Source: Thermoplasmata archaeon
GTDB lineage: Archaea; Thermoplasmatota; Thermoplasmata; Lutacidiplasmatales; UBA184
Length of the DNA: 64,000 nt
Direction of reading: 5' to 3'
Assembly: GCA_046704665.1 (NCBI GenBank)
Contig: JBJKRJ010000048.1
Span: 28,829 to 92,828, forward strand
The translations under genes and the position numbers were made by a program. Shown piece by piece: positions 31,374-41,130 of this stretch. Numbering within the stretch: the stretch's first letter is position 1; every line of letters begins with the position of its first letter. Below the pieces are notes generated by a model, which worked only from the letters and a program-made list of their open reading frames with translations, did not search any database and had not been told where the DNA came from.

Positions 31374-32105
31374 ATGAACGAGGATCTGACCCACATCGCC
31401 GAGGATCTGACGCGAGAACTCCGACTCGACCGACCGCCCGTTCAGATCTCGTACCTCGAGAGCGCCCCCACCGGGGTCCCCGAGCACCCCGGCGGCGTCC
31501 CCTCGGTCTGCACGTTCTTCGCGTTCGGTACCCGAAGCGCCTTCTACGCCGGCCTCCCGAAGCACGAGGACTGCGAGATCGGGGCCTTCGTCCTCGGCAT
31601 CCCGCCCGAGGGCCCGGTCGGGGAACGCCTCATGGCGACGATCGGCGACATGCAGAAGGAAGGGTACCTGAACCCGGGCGAGGAAGCGAAGGTCCCCCAC
31701 AACCCGGTCCCGCCGAAGTTCGTGGCCTACGGACCGCTCGGCGCCTTCTCCTTCGCCCCGACCGGCGTCCTTCTCTTCGCCGACGCGCACGGCGCGATGC
31801 TCGCCTGCGAAGCCGCGGGCCTGGGGGAGGGGTCGGACGCGTGGTCGGTTCCCGTGAACGGCCGACCCATGTGCGCGATCTTGCCGATCCTGAACCAGGG
31901 AGCCCCGGTAGCGATGAGCCTTGGGTGCACCGGCTCGCGGATCTACACCGACATGGGGATCGACAAGATGATCGTCGGCATCCGGGGCGACCGGCTCAGC
32001 TCGTTCGCCGAGAAGCTCGGGCGGATCGTCCGAGCGAACGAGTTCGTGCAGCGAGAAGACTCCGCCCGCAAGTCGAAGGCGGAGCGCCCGTTCCGCGCCC
32101 CGTAG
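31374..32105 (+). CDS. DUF169 family protein.
   Basis: ATG at 31374 (MNEDLTHIAEDL..). Length is ~244 aa. Cys-containing motifs match the DUF169 family. The upstream part of the track ORF overlaps ribA and is rejected. Confidence 0.55.
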   Translation: MNEDLTHIAEDLTRELRLDRPPVQISYLESAPTGVPEHPGGVPSVCTFFAFGTRSAFYAGLPKHEDCEIGAFVLGIPPEGPVGERLMATIGDMQKEGYLNPGEEAKVPHNPVPPKFVAYGPLGAFSFAPTGVLLFADAHGAMLACEAAGLGEGSDAWSVPVNGRPMCAILPILNQGAPVAMSLGCTGSRIYTDMGIDKMIVGIRGDRLSSFAEKLGRIVRANEFVQREDSARKSKAERPFRAP

Positions 32106-32185
32106 GTCGGCCGGGGCCCGGAACCGTCTCCGTCGGCCTGCGGCGCGGTCCCTTCCATCATGTCGACCGCTGTCTACATATAGTC

Positions 32186-32578
32186 ATGTCGATTCGGGTC
32201 AACATGTCGGCCGTCGCGACGACCCGTCCCGAACGCGGTCTTGAAGAACGACTCGAACGGTTGTGTGGGGACGACGGCACGTGTGCCGTTCCGGACTATA
32301 CCCGGCTCGCGAAGGGCGTGCGGACCTCGCGCGTGTTCCCCGAGGCGCTCGCCCGCGTGAAGGCGCTCGCCGACGAGCACCGGCTCCTCGTGGTCGCCCT
32401 CCTGAAACGTCGCCCGGAGCTGTGTGCCTGCGAGATCCAGGCGGCGACCGGGCTCACCCATGCGACCGTGAGCCACCACATGAACGTCCTCCGGGACGCG
32501 GGACTCGTCCGCGCCCGCAAGGAGGGCAAGTGGATGTACTATCGGCGCGCCCGGTCGACGGAGGTACGGATCCCGTGA
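32186..32578 (+). CDS. arsR: ArsR/SmtB family metalloregulator.
   Basis: HTH with the ELCACEIQAATGLTHATVSHHMNVLRDAGLV metal-binding/recognition helix. ATG at 32186, preceded by CTACATATAG (TATA-like). Confidence 0.8.
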   Translation: MSIRVNMSAVATTRPERGLEERLERLCGDDGTCAVPDYTRLAKGVRTSRVFPEALARVKALADEHRLLVVALLKRRPELCACEIQAATGLTHATVSHHMNVLRDAGLVRARKEGKWMYYRRARSTEVRIP

Positions 32579-33393
32579 CCGGCGAGCGCGATCCGACGGA
32601 CGAGGAGTCGGTCCGAGCCGAAGTGCGGGACCGGTACGGAAAGCTCGCCCAGGGAGGAGGCTGCTGCGGGGGGACGTCCTCGAGCGGTTGCTGCGGGGAG
32701 AGTGCTTCGTGCGACGGTGGGGGGACCTTGGGGTCCCTTTCCCCGCTGGGATACAGCGAAGAGGACCTCGCCGGCCTTCCCGAAGGAGCGAATCTGGGTC
32801 TCGGCTGCGGGAACCCCACGGCGCTCACCTCCCTTCGGGCCGGTGAGCTCGTTCTCGACCTCGGGAGCGGGGCCGGCATCGATTGCTTCCTGGCCGCGAA
32901 GAGAGTGGGGGAGAGCGGCCACGTCATCGGGGTCGACATGACGCCCGAGATGATCACGAAGGCCCGCGCCAACGCGCGGACAAGCGGTGTGACGAACGTC
33001 GAGTTCCGTCTCGGAGAGATCGAGCACCTTCCCGTCGCCGACCGCTCGGTCGACGTCGTGGTCTCGAACTGCGTCATCAATCTCGTCCCGGACAAGGGGC
33101 AGGTCTACCGGGAGGCGTTCCGCGTTCTCCGCCCGGGCGGACGCCTCGCGATCTCCGACGTCGTCGCGACCCGGCCGATCACTCCCGAGGAGCGGGCGGA
33201 CCTCGCGCTCTGGTCCTCGTGCTCGTCGGGGGCGCTCGAGGTGCGCGAGGTCGAGTCCACGCTCCGGGCCGCGGGCTTCGAGGAGATCGAGGTCGCGCTT
33301 CGCGTCCCGGTCGAGAGTCCTTCTTCGCTCGAAGGACAACGTTCGATCGGGGTCGTCCCGGCCGATATCCGTGCGGTGAAGCGGCCGGCGTGA
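32575..33393 (+). CDS. arsM: Arsenite S-adenosylmethionine methyltransferase (ArsM-like).
   Basis: GTG start overlapping the arsR stop. Cys-rich N-terminus (GCCGG..GCCGESASC) followed by SAM motifs VLDLGSGAGIDCF and LRPGGRLAISDV. Confidence 0.75.
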   Translation: MTGERDPTDEESVRAEVRDRYGKLAQGGGCCGGTSSSGCCGESASCDGGGTLGSLSPLGYSEEDLAGLPEGANLGLGCGNPTALTSLRAGELVLDLGSGAGIDCFLAAKRVGESGHVIGVDMTPEMITKARANARTSGVTNVEFRLGEIEHLPVADRSVDVVVSNCVINLVPDKGQVYREAFRVLRPGGRLAISDVVATRPITPEERADLALWSSCSSGALEVREVESTLRAAGFEEIEVALRVPVESPSSLEGQRSIGVVPADIRAVKRPA

Positions 33394-33399
33394 CGGTGC

Positions 33400-33819
33400 A
33401 TGGCGAGCCGGACCGTCCTCTTCATCTGTGTCGAGAACGCCGCCCGGTCCCTGATGGCCGAGGCGATGTTCAACGCGCGTCCTCCCGACGGATGGCGCGC
33501 CCGTTCCGCGGGGACGGTTCCCGCGGGCCGACCGAACCCCCGGACGGCCCCCATGCTCCGCGAGATCGATCTCGAGCTCCCCGCGCATCCGCCCCAGCTC
33601 CTGACGGACGAGATGATGACCGAGGCGGCGATCCGGGTCACGATGGGCTGTCTCGACCGCGCGAGCTGCCCGGCCCGGCTCCGCACCCTCGACCTCCTCG
33701 ACTGGGCGCTCCCCGATCCCGGGATGCTGGACGATGACGGGTTCCGGCGCGTCCGGGACGAGCTCCGGGCGCGTGTCGAGCGGCTCTGCCGGGAGCTCGC
33801 CGGCCCCGTCCCCGAGTAG
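33400..33819 (+). CDS. arsC: Arsenate reductase, low-molecular-weight phosphatase type.
   Basis: P-loop VLFICVENAARSLMAEAMF. Confidence 0.8.
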   Translation: MASRTVLFICVENAARSLMAEAMFNARPPDGWRARSAGTVPAGRPNPRTAPMLREIDLELPAHPPQLLTDEMMTEAAIRVTMGCLDRASCPARLRTLDLLDWALPDPGMLDDDGFRRVRDELRARVERLCRELAGPVPE

Positions 33820-33870
33820 TGGGATGTCCGTCGGTCGAAGCGGGGGGCCCGTCCGATCGAGGGGAGTCGA

Positions 33871-34974
33871 ATGAGCCATCCGCCGCGGACCCGGATGCGG
33901 CTCCTGGACCGGTACCTCACGCTCTGGATCTTCCTCGCGATGGCGGCGGGGATCGCCGGTGGCCGGGCGTTCCCCGAGATCGAACCGGCGCTCGAGCGCC
34001 TCAGCATCGGCACGACGTCGATCCCGATCGCCGTCGGCCTCATCCTCATGATGTACCCGCCGCTCGCACGCGTGCGCTACGAGGAGCTCGGGCAGGTCTT
34101 CCGTGACCGCAAGGTCCTCTCGGTCTCGCTGGTCGAGAACTGGGTGATCGGCCCGGTGCTGATGTTCGCCCTCGCGATCGTGTTCCTGCGGGGGTACCCG
34201 GACTACATGGCCGGGCTCATCCTGATCGGGCTCGCGCGCTGCATCGCGATGGTGATCGTCTGGAACCAGCTGGCCCAGGGGAACACCCAGTACGCGGCCG
34301 CCCTCGTGGCGTTCAACTCCGTCTTCCAGGTCTTCTTCTACTCGCTCTACGCGTGGATCTTCGTGACGGTGCTTCCGGCCTGGCTCGGCCTCCCGGGCGC
34401 CGCCGTCCCGGTCTCGCTCGTCGAGGTCGCCGAGAGCGTCTTCATCTACCTCGGCCTCCCGTTCCTCGCCGGCCTCCTCACCCGGTTCGTCCTGGTCCGC
34501 CGCCGGGGTCGGAGCTGGTACGAGACGCGGTTCGTCCGGCGGACGAGCCCGATCACCCTGATCGCGCTCCTCTTCACGGTCGTGGTGATGTTCTCGCTGA
34601 AGGGGTCCGTGATCGTCGACCTGCCGATCCCGGCGCTCCTGATCGCGGTCCCGCTCCTGATCTACTTCGTCGTGATGTTCCTCGTCTCCTTCGGCCTCGG
34701 CCGGAGGCTCGGGGCGGACTACCCGACGACGACCACGCTCTCGTTCACGGCGGCGAGCAACAACTTCGAGCTCGCGATCGCGGTCGCCGTCGCGGTCTTC
34801 GGGATCAACTCCGGTGAGGCGTTCGCCGCGGTCATCGGGCCCCTGGTGGAGGTCCCCGTCATGCTCGGGCTCGTCAGCGTGGCGTTCTATCTGCGCCACC
34901 GGTACTTCCGGGCCCAAGCCCGTCCGGTATCCTCTCCCGAGGCGGTCCCCGAGGCCGCTTCCGACCCCCGGTGA
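33871..34974 (+). CDS. acr3: Arsenite efflux transporter, ACR3 family.
   Basis: 367 aa with 10 TM helices and ACR3-family conserved segments ([16 protein letters not shown].., ..[10 protein letters not shown]..). Confidence 0.85.
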   Translation: MSHPPRTRMRLLDRYLTLWIFLAMAAGIAGGRAFPEIEPALERLSIGTTSIPIAVGLILMMYPPLARVRYEELGQVFRDRKVLSVSLVENWVIGPVLMFALAIVFLRGYPDYMAGLILIGLARCIAMVIVWNQLAQGNTQYAAALVAFNSVFQVFFYSLYAWIFVTVLPAWLGLPGAAVPVSLVEVAESVFIYLGLPFLAGLLTRFVLVRRRGRSWYETRFVRRTSPITLIALLFTVVVMFSLKGSVIVDLPIPALLIAVPLLIYFVVMFLVSFGLGRRLGADYPTTTTLSFTAASNNFELAIAVAVAVFGINSGEAFAAVIGPLVEVPVMLGLVSVAFYLRHRYFRAQARPVSSPEAVPEAASDPR

Positions 34975-35035
34975 GCGGCCGGCGAGATCGTGGGCCCCGA
35001 GAGGTTACAAACCTCGGGAACCCTCCTCGGCCGCC

Positions 35036-35461
35036 GTGAGCGTGGAACCAGAGTACCAGCCGGGCATGAGGCTGCGGGTCACCGAGGGGTTCCGTCCCGG
35101 TTTCTTCGACGGGCTGAGCCCTCGGCTCATCCTGCGACCCGGCGATCACGTCACGGTCGACCTGGACGAGACGAGCGCGGCATGGCCCGCGTTCGTGCGG
35201 GTGACCAACGATGCGGGAGTGAACGGCTGGGTACCCCGACGGTTCCTGAGCGGCTCGGGCCCGGAACGAACGGCCCTCCGGCCCTACGACACCTCGACCC
35301 TCGACCCCGCACGGGGTGAGGTGCTCGAGGTCGTCGAGACGGACGTGGAGAGCGGTTGGTTGTGGTGTCGGGACCCTCAGGGACGCACCGGTTGGTTCCC
35401 GATCCGCCAGCTCGCGCCGGCGCGGGCCGGATCCGTGGAAGGACCGCGCGACACGCCGTGA
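35036..35461 (+). CDS. Hypothetical protein with two SH3-like segments.
   Basis: Start at GTG 35036 or ATG 35066. Repeated ..NGWVPRRFL.. and ..TGWFPIRQL.. motifs resemble bacterial SH3 domains. The upstream part of the track ORF overlaps acr3. Confidence 0.4.
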   Translation: MSVEPEYQPGMRLRVTEGFRPGFFDGLSPRLILRPGDHVTVDLDETSAAWPAFVRVTNDAGVNGWVPRRFLSGSGPERTALRPYDTSTLDPARGEVLEVVETDVESGWLWCRDPQGRTGWFPIRQLAPARAGSVEGPRDTP

Positions 35462-35518
35462 TCCTCGGATCGCGGGAGCCGGGAAGGAGCTACGGTACGG
35501 CCCTCGGTCGATGCCCGC

Positions 35519-35995
35519 TCACCGCGGCGATGCGCCGAGGTCGCGCCGGAAGTGAACCAGCCGGTCCACCTCGGTGTACCGCAGGGCCCGGTGCGCGCCT
35601 TGGGAAACGAGATTGCGCAGCTCCGTATCGGAGGCCATCTCGGTGCATCCTTGATCGCGGGCCCAATCCTCGGCGGCGCGCACCAGCGCCCGCCCGACAC
35701 CTTTCCGGCGGAATTCCGCCTTCACGTACCACCCCTCCAGGTAGCCGACGGGGGAGGTGCGACAGCCGTCGGCGAACGGACGCAGGTCGACCTCGGCGAA
35801 CCCGACGATCCGGCCCGGGCCGACCTCGGCCAGAAGGACGGTCATTCGCATGGAGGCCCGCCAGAGTCGGTGATGCCTCCGCGAGCGGAGCACCGCGTCC
35901 GCGTCGTTCGCGAGATACTCCGCGCTATGGTCCGGCCAGAGCTCCCGCCGGAGCGCGATCCACGCCTCTCGGTCGGCGAGGGTGATGGGTCGCAC
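35519..35995 (-). CDS. GNAT family N-acetyltransferase.
   Basis: GTG start at 35995 (VRPITLADREAW..). Acetyl-CoA motif RRKGVGRALVRAAEDWAR. The upstream track-ORF portion is R-rich. Confidence 0.65.
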   Translation of the reverse strand: MRPITLADREAWIALRRELWPDHSAEYLANDADAVLRSRRHHRLWRASMRMTVLLAEVGPGRIVGFAEVDLRPFADGCRTSPVGYLEGWYVKAEFRRKGVGRALVRAAEDWARDQGCTEMASDTELRNLVSQGAHRALRYTEVDRLVHFRRDLGASPR

Positions 35996-36243
35996 GCGCA
36001 GGCCTTTCGTGTGCCGGTTCCCCGTCGTGCGTCGTGCGCCGGGCGCGTCGCCCCTCCGGGCGCGCGATGGGGTCTCCCGGCGCCCGGGCCGGCGAGGAGC
36101 GGCCATGTCCCTCCGGTATCCAGAGCACGCGGCCGGGGCTATGAAGGGTGGTACGGAGCGACCGAGCGGTCGCGTCGCGGCCGAACCCCGTTGCCTCCCC
36201 GCCGCACCGCGACCGTTAACTGGCACACCGGCTCCCGGGCGAC

Positions 36244-36639
36244 GTGGCGAAGCTCAAGGTGGAGTACGTCTACGCCGGCCTCAGGGTCCGCAACCTCCCC
36301 CGGTCGCTGACCTTCTACCGGAAGCTCGGCTTCCGTGTCCACGCTCGGGGCACGATGGGCCACGGTGGAAAGTGGGTGCACCTGGTCTTTCCGGGGGCCC
36401 GGCAGCGGGTCGAGCTCAATTACTATCCGCGGTCGACCCGGTTCTATGAGCCGTTCCGCAAGGGGACGGAGTTCGACCACCTCGGGTTCCGTGTCACGGA
36501 CGTCGAACGGTGGGAAGCGGAGCTCCGTCGGCGGAAGCTGAAGATCGTGGCCCGGATCCGAGAGCCGCACGAGAACATCGTGTACACGCAGGACCCGGAC
36601 GGGAACTGGCTCGAGTTCTTCGGGCCACCTCCCCATTGA
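36244..36639 (+). CDS. VOC (glyoxalase/bleomycin-resistance/dioxygenase) family protein.
   Basis: 131 aa containing the GFRVHARGTMGHGGKWVHLVF..FDHLGFRV paired beta-alpha-beta-beta-beta modules. Confidence 0.75.
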   Translation: MAKLKVEYVYAGLRVRNLPRSLTFYRKLGFRVHARGTMGHGGKWVHLVFPGARQRVELNYYPRSTRFYEPFRKGTEFDHLGFRVTDVERWEAELRRRKLKIVARIREPHENIVYTQDPDGNWLEFFGPPPH

Positions 36640-36709
36640 ACCGGCACCGTTCGGCGCTCCCGCGTTTCCCCGCCTCGGGTAGGGCGGGTCCCCCCAGGGC
36701 CGGGATCCG

Positions 36710-37354
36710 GTGGGTAGGTCCGCTCCCTTTTTTCGATGCCGAGAGCCTCCGGGCCGCGTGGCGTCGGCGATCACCGGCGGCGGTGCGATCTACCTCGTCT
36801 TTCTCATCGCCTACGCCACGTGGTTCGTCAGTGAGATCGTAGGGTCGACGATCCTTCCGCGGATCCGCGATCCGGGAGCCCGAGAGACCTCGCGCACGGA
36901 CCGTGGCTCGAGGCTCGCCATCTTCCTCGGGGTCTTCGGATCGATCGTGGCGGTCTACGCCTTCGCCGGGAGCGGGTTCGCCACCCTTCCCCTGGTCGTC
37001 GTGTACGTCGGTCTGGCCCTCATCTTCGCCGGAGTGGGCCTACGCCAGTGGGCGATCGCGGTCCTCGGGCGATATTTCAGCACCTCCGTCCGGGCCGTCG
37101 AGGGCCATCGCATCGTGACCCGAGGGCCGTACCGGATCCTTCGCCATCCGTCGTATTCCGGTGCGATCGTCACCGTGCTCGGGATCGGTCTCGCCGGCGG
37201 GTCCTGGGAAGGGACCCTCGTCGCGCTCGCCCTGGCCCTGGCCGCCTATGGGTACCGGATCCACGTGGAGGAGAGGTTCCTGATCGACCGGTTCGGCACG
37301 GAGTACCTCGAGTACCGCGCGCGGACCAAGCGGGTCATTCCGTACATCTGGTGA
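36710..37354 (+). CDS. Isoprenylcysteine carboxyl methyltransferase (ICMT) / phospholipid methyltransferase family membrane protein.
   Basis: C-terminal motif VTRGPYRILRHPSYSGAIV..FLIDRFGTEYLEYRARTKRVIP. Confidence 0.7.
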   Translation: MGRSAPFFRCREPPGRVASAITGGGAIYLVFLIAYATWFVSEIVGSTILPRIRDPGARETSRTDRGSRLAIFLGVFGSIVAVYAFAGSGFATLPLVVVYVGLALIFAGVGLRQWAIAVLGRYFSTSVRAVEGHRIVTRGPYRILRHPSYSGAIVTVLGIGLAGGSWEGTLVALALALAAYGYRIHVEERFLIDRFGTEYLEYRARTKRVIPYIW

Positions 37355-38793
37355 CTCCGGGCCGGCACGCCCCCCGATCGACGCGGAAGGACGCCGGACC
37401 TCCTACCGGCGGGACCGTCGCGAAACCGGACCCGGGCGACGGGGATATCGGGACCGGCCGGCTCGGGACGCCGGTGCCCCTCGTGCCGTCCGAGCCTCCC
37501 GCGGCCGCGACGGCGCCCTCCCTTCGAAAGGCGATCCGTACCCGCCACGCGGTGGCGCTCTACGTGAGCTCGGTGCTGGGCTCGGGGGTCCTCGTGCTCC
37601 CCGGCCTCGCCGCCCAGATCGCAGGGCCGGGTTCCCTCATCGCCTGGGCGCTCCTCGGGGTGGCGAGCCTGCCGTTCGCGCTCACGTTCGCCACGCTCTC
37701 GGCCCGGCGGCCGGAATCCGGCGGGGTCTACGGCTTCGCCAAGGAGGCGTTCGGACCCGGAGCGGCGCTCGTGACCGGGTGGCTCTTCGCGCTGTGGCTC
37801 TTCACCGGGGCGCCGGCCGTCGCGCTGATCGCCGCCTCGTACCTCGGGTACGCCTTCCCGCTCAACCGACCCGAGACGTTCCTCTTCGGGTTCGGGATCG
37901 TCGGGGCGGCGTTCCTCATCAATTACCGAGGGATCACGATCAGCACCCGGGTCCAGCTCGCCGTCATCGCCTCGATCGTCGCCCTCCTGGTCGTCACGGT
38001 CGCGCTCTCCGGGGCCCGGGTCCGGCCCGGGAACTTCACCCCGTTCCTCCCGTTCGGTCTCGTGCCCGTCGGGACGGCCGCCGCGTTGATCTTCTGGTCG
38101 TTTCTCGGCTACGAGAACGTCTCGAACGTCGCCGAGGAGTTCGAGAACCCCGTCCGGGACTTCCCCCGGAGCGTCTACACGAGCGCCGCCCTGGTCGGCT
38201 CCCTCTACTTCGCGGTCGCGTTCGTGACCGTCGGGACCGCCGCCTACACCGCCGGCGGGAGCATTGCGCCGTTCGCCGCGATCCTGGGCAACGTGGTCGG
38301 GCCCTACGGGGCGATGGGAACGGCCGTCCTGGCCGTGTTCATCATCTTCGGGGTCGTGAACGCCTACACGACCGGGATGTCGCGGGTCCTCTGGGTCACC
38401 GCCCGCGACGGCGGCCTTCCTCGCCCGCTCACGCACCTCGATCCGAGGACCCGGGTCCCCGACCGGGTGCTCCTGATGATGTTCGGGGGGGTCGCGACGG
38501 TCCTGCTGGCCTACTACATCGCCGACGTCAGTCTGGCGACCGCGCTCCTGGTCGCGAGCGGTGCGGCGATCGCGGTCTACGTGGTCGGGAGCGCCGCGGG
38601 GATCCGCCTCCGCCCCACGCTGGGCGCCGCCGGACGCTCCGCCCGCTGGCTCGCGGTCGTGTCGCTCGGGATTTCGCTGGCCGTCGCGCCGTTCATCGGA
38701 CGGCCGCTCCTCGTGAGCGTCGGCGTGATCGCCGCCGCCGTCCTCTATGCGTACGCGCGGCGCCGGATCGTACCGTCCGGGCCCGTACCGTGA
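37351..38793 (+). CDS. APC-family amino acid permease.
   Basis: 12 TM helices with N-terminal signature AVALYVSSVLGSGVLVLPG. The start is GTG at 37351 (overlapping the ICMT stop) or GTG at 37474. Confidence 0.75.
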   Translation: MTPGRHAPRSTRKDAGPPTGGTVAKPDPGDGDIGTGRLGTPVPLVPSEPPAAATAPSLRKAIRTRHAVALYVSSVLGSGVLVLPGLAAQIAGPGSLIAWALLGVASLPFALTFATLSARRPESGGVYGFAKEAFGPGAALVTGWLFALWLFTGAPAVALIAASYLGYAFPLNRPETFLFGFGIVGAAFLINYRGITISTRVQLAVIASIVALLVVTVALSGARVRPGNFTPFLPFGLVPVGTAAALIFWSFLGYENVSNVAEEFENPVRDFPRSVYTSAALVGSLYFAVAFVTVGTAAYTAGGSIAPFAAILGNVVGPYGAMGTAVLAVFIIFGVVNAYTTGMSRVLWVTARDGGLPRPLTHLDPRTRVPDRVLLMMFGGVATVLLAYYIADVSLATALLVASGAAIAVYVVGSAAGIRLRPTLGAAGRSARWLAVVSLGISLAVAPFIGRPLLVSVGVIAAAVLYAYARRRIVPSGPVP

Positions 38794-38826
38794 GACGGTC
38801 CGGTCGGGACCCACGCGGCCCGGTGC

Positions 38827-39513
38827 TCATCCCGAAGGCGGCGGTGCCGAGTAGTGGACGAACGGACCCTCCAGGTACTCGAGCACCTTCTCCTGGCCGT
38901 ACTGCCGGCCCAGGTCGTACGCGGTTCGGAGGGCCGCCGCGCCCTCGTCGGGGGACGGCGAGGGGAGGGTCGCCGTCGAGGTCGTGACCGGCCGCGCGTG
39001 CCGGTCGATGCAGACGAGGACCGCCTCGAACTTCGGGAAGGCGAGCTGGAAGAGCCGGACCTGGAGCGCGACGTCCGGCGGCGGGGGGATCGCCCGGTAG
39101 CTCTTCATCTCGAAGAACCGGGCCCGTCCGTCCCAGTAGTCCGGCTGGGCGTAGACCGCGACCTCGCCGCCGATCACGATGACCCGTGTCTTCGGACGGG
39201 CGAGACCGAAGATGGGGCTCGTGCGGTACGCCTGGAGCACCTCCTCCATCTGGACCCGGATCCTCTGACGCGTCTCCCCCTCGACCGCGACGGCCTCCTC
39301 CTCGAGCGCCTCGTCCAGGAGCTCTTCGGCCCGGCGCCGCATCGACATGGCGGTCGGACGACGTCCCGTCCGGACCTCGTGACCGAACTGCGCCAGGGAG
39401 CCGTCGATCGCGCGTCCCACGGCGATCGCGACATGGTCCTCCTCGCGCGGCGGAGGTCTCGGGTAGGTATGCTGGACGATCTCGTGCACCGGGATCGTTC
39501 GGATCGTCGTCAT
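38827..39513 (-). CDS. Hypothetical PD-(D/E)XK-type nuclease-like protein.
   Basis: 228 aa with the hallmark ..VIVIGGEVAVYAQPDYWDG..FFEMKSY (D..EMK). The opposite-strand ORF is R-rich. Confidence 0.5.
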   Translation of the reverse strand: MTTIRTIPVHEIVQHTYPRPPPREEDHVAIAVGRAIDGSLAQFGHEVRTGRRPTAMSMRRRAEELLDEALEEEAVAVEGETRQRIRVQMEEVLQAYRTSPIFGLARPKTRVIVIGGEVAVYAQPDYWDGRARFFEMKSYRAIPPPPDVALQVRLFQLAFPKFEAVLVCIDRHARPVTTSTATLPSPSPDEGAAALRTAYDLGRQYGQEKVLEYLEGPFVHYSAPPPSG

Positions 39514-39647
39514 CGTGGCTCCCCCCGTCCGTCAGGGCGGAGGAAGTAACCCAGAGGTTATCGACGGAAAAGTCTTCCCGGTTCGACGTCCTCCCCAAGT
39601 ACTCCCGCGCTCCCGCTAGCGCCCCGACGAGGAGGGACGCATCGACC

Positions 39648-40070
39648 ATGGGCTGGTTCCGGGATATCGTGCGGCGAGAGCCTTCTCCCCCGCCCGAGGC
39701 GGATCGGAAGGTCGAGCCGGCCGCCCCGCGCCGGCGAGCCCCCGGACCCGAACGTCTCGCGGCGGTCAACTTCGAACGGTACCTGCGGGAGCACCCTCGG
39801 GTCGTGGTCGATGTCTGGGCTCCCTGGTGCGTCCCCTGCCGGGCGTTCGCCCCGACCTTCGCCGCCGCGGCCGCCGAGTGGGGGGAGTGGGTCGGGTTCG
39901 GCAAGGTGCACGCCGACCACGAGCCGAGCTTCGTCTCCCGATTCGGCATCCGTTCGATCCCGTCGCTGCTCTTCTTCCGCGACGGCGAGCTCGTTCGGAC
40001 CGAGACCGGGGTGATCTCGCCGGACCGTCTGGCAAAGCTCCTTCACAAGATCTTCCGCGACCTTCCCTGA
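39648..40070 (+). CDS. trx: Thioredoxin.
   Basis: WAPWCVPCR active site (CxxC) and the thioredoxin fold pattern. ATG at 39648. Confidence 0.8.
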   Translation: MGWFRDIVRREPSPPPEADRKVEPAAPRRRAPGPERLAAVNFERYLREHPRVVVDVWAPWCVPCRAFAPTFAAAAAEWGEWVGFGKVHADHEPSFVSRFGIRSIPSLLFFRDGELVRTETGVISPDRLAKLLHKIFRDLP

Positions 40071-40194
40071 GGGAACCCTCGCTCGTCCCCGGGCCCGGTT
40101 CCGTCACCGATGCGGGCGGCGCCGTACGGGGCAGGCGATCTCGCCCAGCGACTCCGCGGCCGGGCGACCGGGCCCGGGGTCCGAGGACCCGTCC

Positions 40195-40629
40195 TCACTG
40201 CGCGCGACGCGACGCGATCGCCGCCAGGAGCGCCACGGCCACGAACCCAAAGACAAGGTGCGCCCCGAGGGAGAGGAAGAGCGGAGGACCGGGGCCCGAT
40301 GCGCTCCGCGTGCCGGGGGAGAGCGCAAGCACCCCGGCCCAGAGCACGAGACCGACGGGCAGCCCGATCGCCGCTCCCGTGACGCTCCACGGCCGCGCCG
40401 GTCGGAGGTGCGGAACGAACCCACCGAGGACCGCCCCGATCAGGGCACCATGCACCAGGTGCAGGGGGACACCGGCCAGGCCGAGAAAGCTCCCCGCCGA
40501 GCCCCCGAACGCGAGCTCGATCCCGGGGCGCCAGGAATCTCCCGGCACCCCTGTGAGAAGAAGGTCGACCGCGCCGAGCGCGTACATGGCTGCGGTCGCG
40601 ACCAGCCCGGCGAGGGTGCCCACGGCCAC
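40195..40629 (-). CDS. Hypothetical membrane protein.
   Basis: 4-5 hydrophobic helices. The start is uncertain: the track ORF (to 40719) overlaps the upstream DCC-family gene by 76 nt, so a GTG start near 40629 is used. Confidence 0.4.
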   Translation of the reverse strand: MAVGTLAGLVATAAMYALGAVDLLLTGVPGDSWRPGIELAFGGSAGSFLGLAGVPLHLVHGALIGAVLGGFVPHLRPARPWSVTGAAIGLPVGLVLWAGVLALSPGTRSASGPGPPLFLSLGAHLVFGFVAVALLAAIASRRAQ

Positions 40630-40643
40630 GCCGAACGACGCGC

Positions 40644-41024
40644 TCAGGAAGGACCGATCCGCGTCGGGGCGGCGCACCCTCGGGTCTTCCGGTAGTCCCA
40701 GAAGCGATCGTAGATCCACCAGAGCCCGTGCTCGATGGCGGGGACCTTGGCGACCCGCTCCCCCTGGGGGCCCAGGGCGAGCGCGACCAAGGGGGTCATG
40801 ATCGCGGAGCCGGACCGTCGTCCTCGCGCATCGACCAGGTGCGCGAACGCGAATCGCCTCTCCTCGTCGAGATCGGCCAGCACCCGGCGCGCCTCCTCGC
40901 CGTCATACGGCAGGGAGCGGAGCCGGGAGCGACTCGCCCACTGGCTGACCCGGGCGAAGAACGTACACGGCCCGCAGCCCGCGTCGTAGAAGAGCCGGGC
41001 CGTGGCCGGGGCTCCTTCGACCAT
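40644..41024 (-). CDS. DCC1-like thiol-disulfide oxidoreductase (DUF393).
   Basis: ATG at 41024-41022. N-terminal motif RLFYDAGCGPCTFFARVSQW. Confidence 0.6.
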   Translation of the reverse strand: MVEGAPATARLFYDAGCGPCTFFARVSQWASRSRLRSLPYDGEEARRVLADLDEERRFAFAHLVDARGRRSGSAIMTPLVALALGPQGERVAKVPAIEHGLWWIYDRFWDYRKTRGCAAPTRIGPS

Positions 41025-41130
41025 ACGCACGGATGAGAAGGGCCGAGCCCAAGATAACGGAAACTGTCGGGCCCCGGACCCACCACCGGGAGGGACCGGC
41101 ACGATGCGGGGGGCGATGCCGGTGCCGCCC

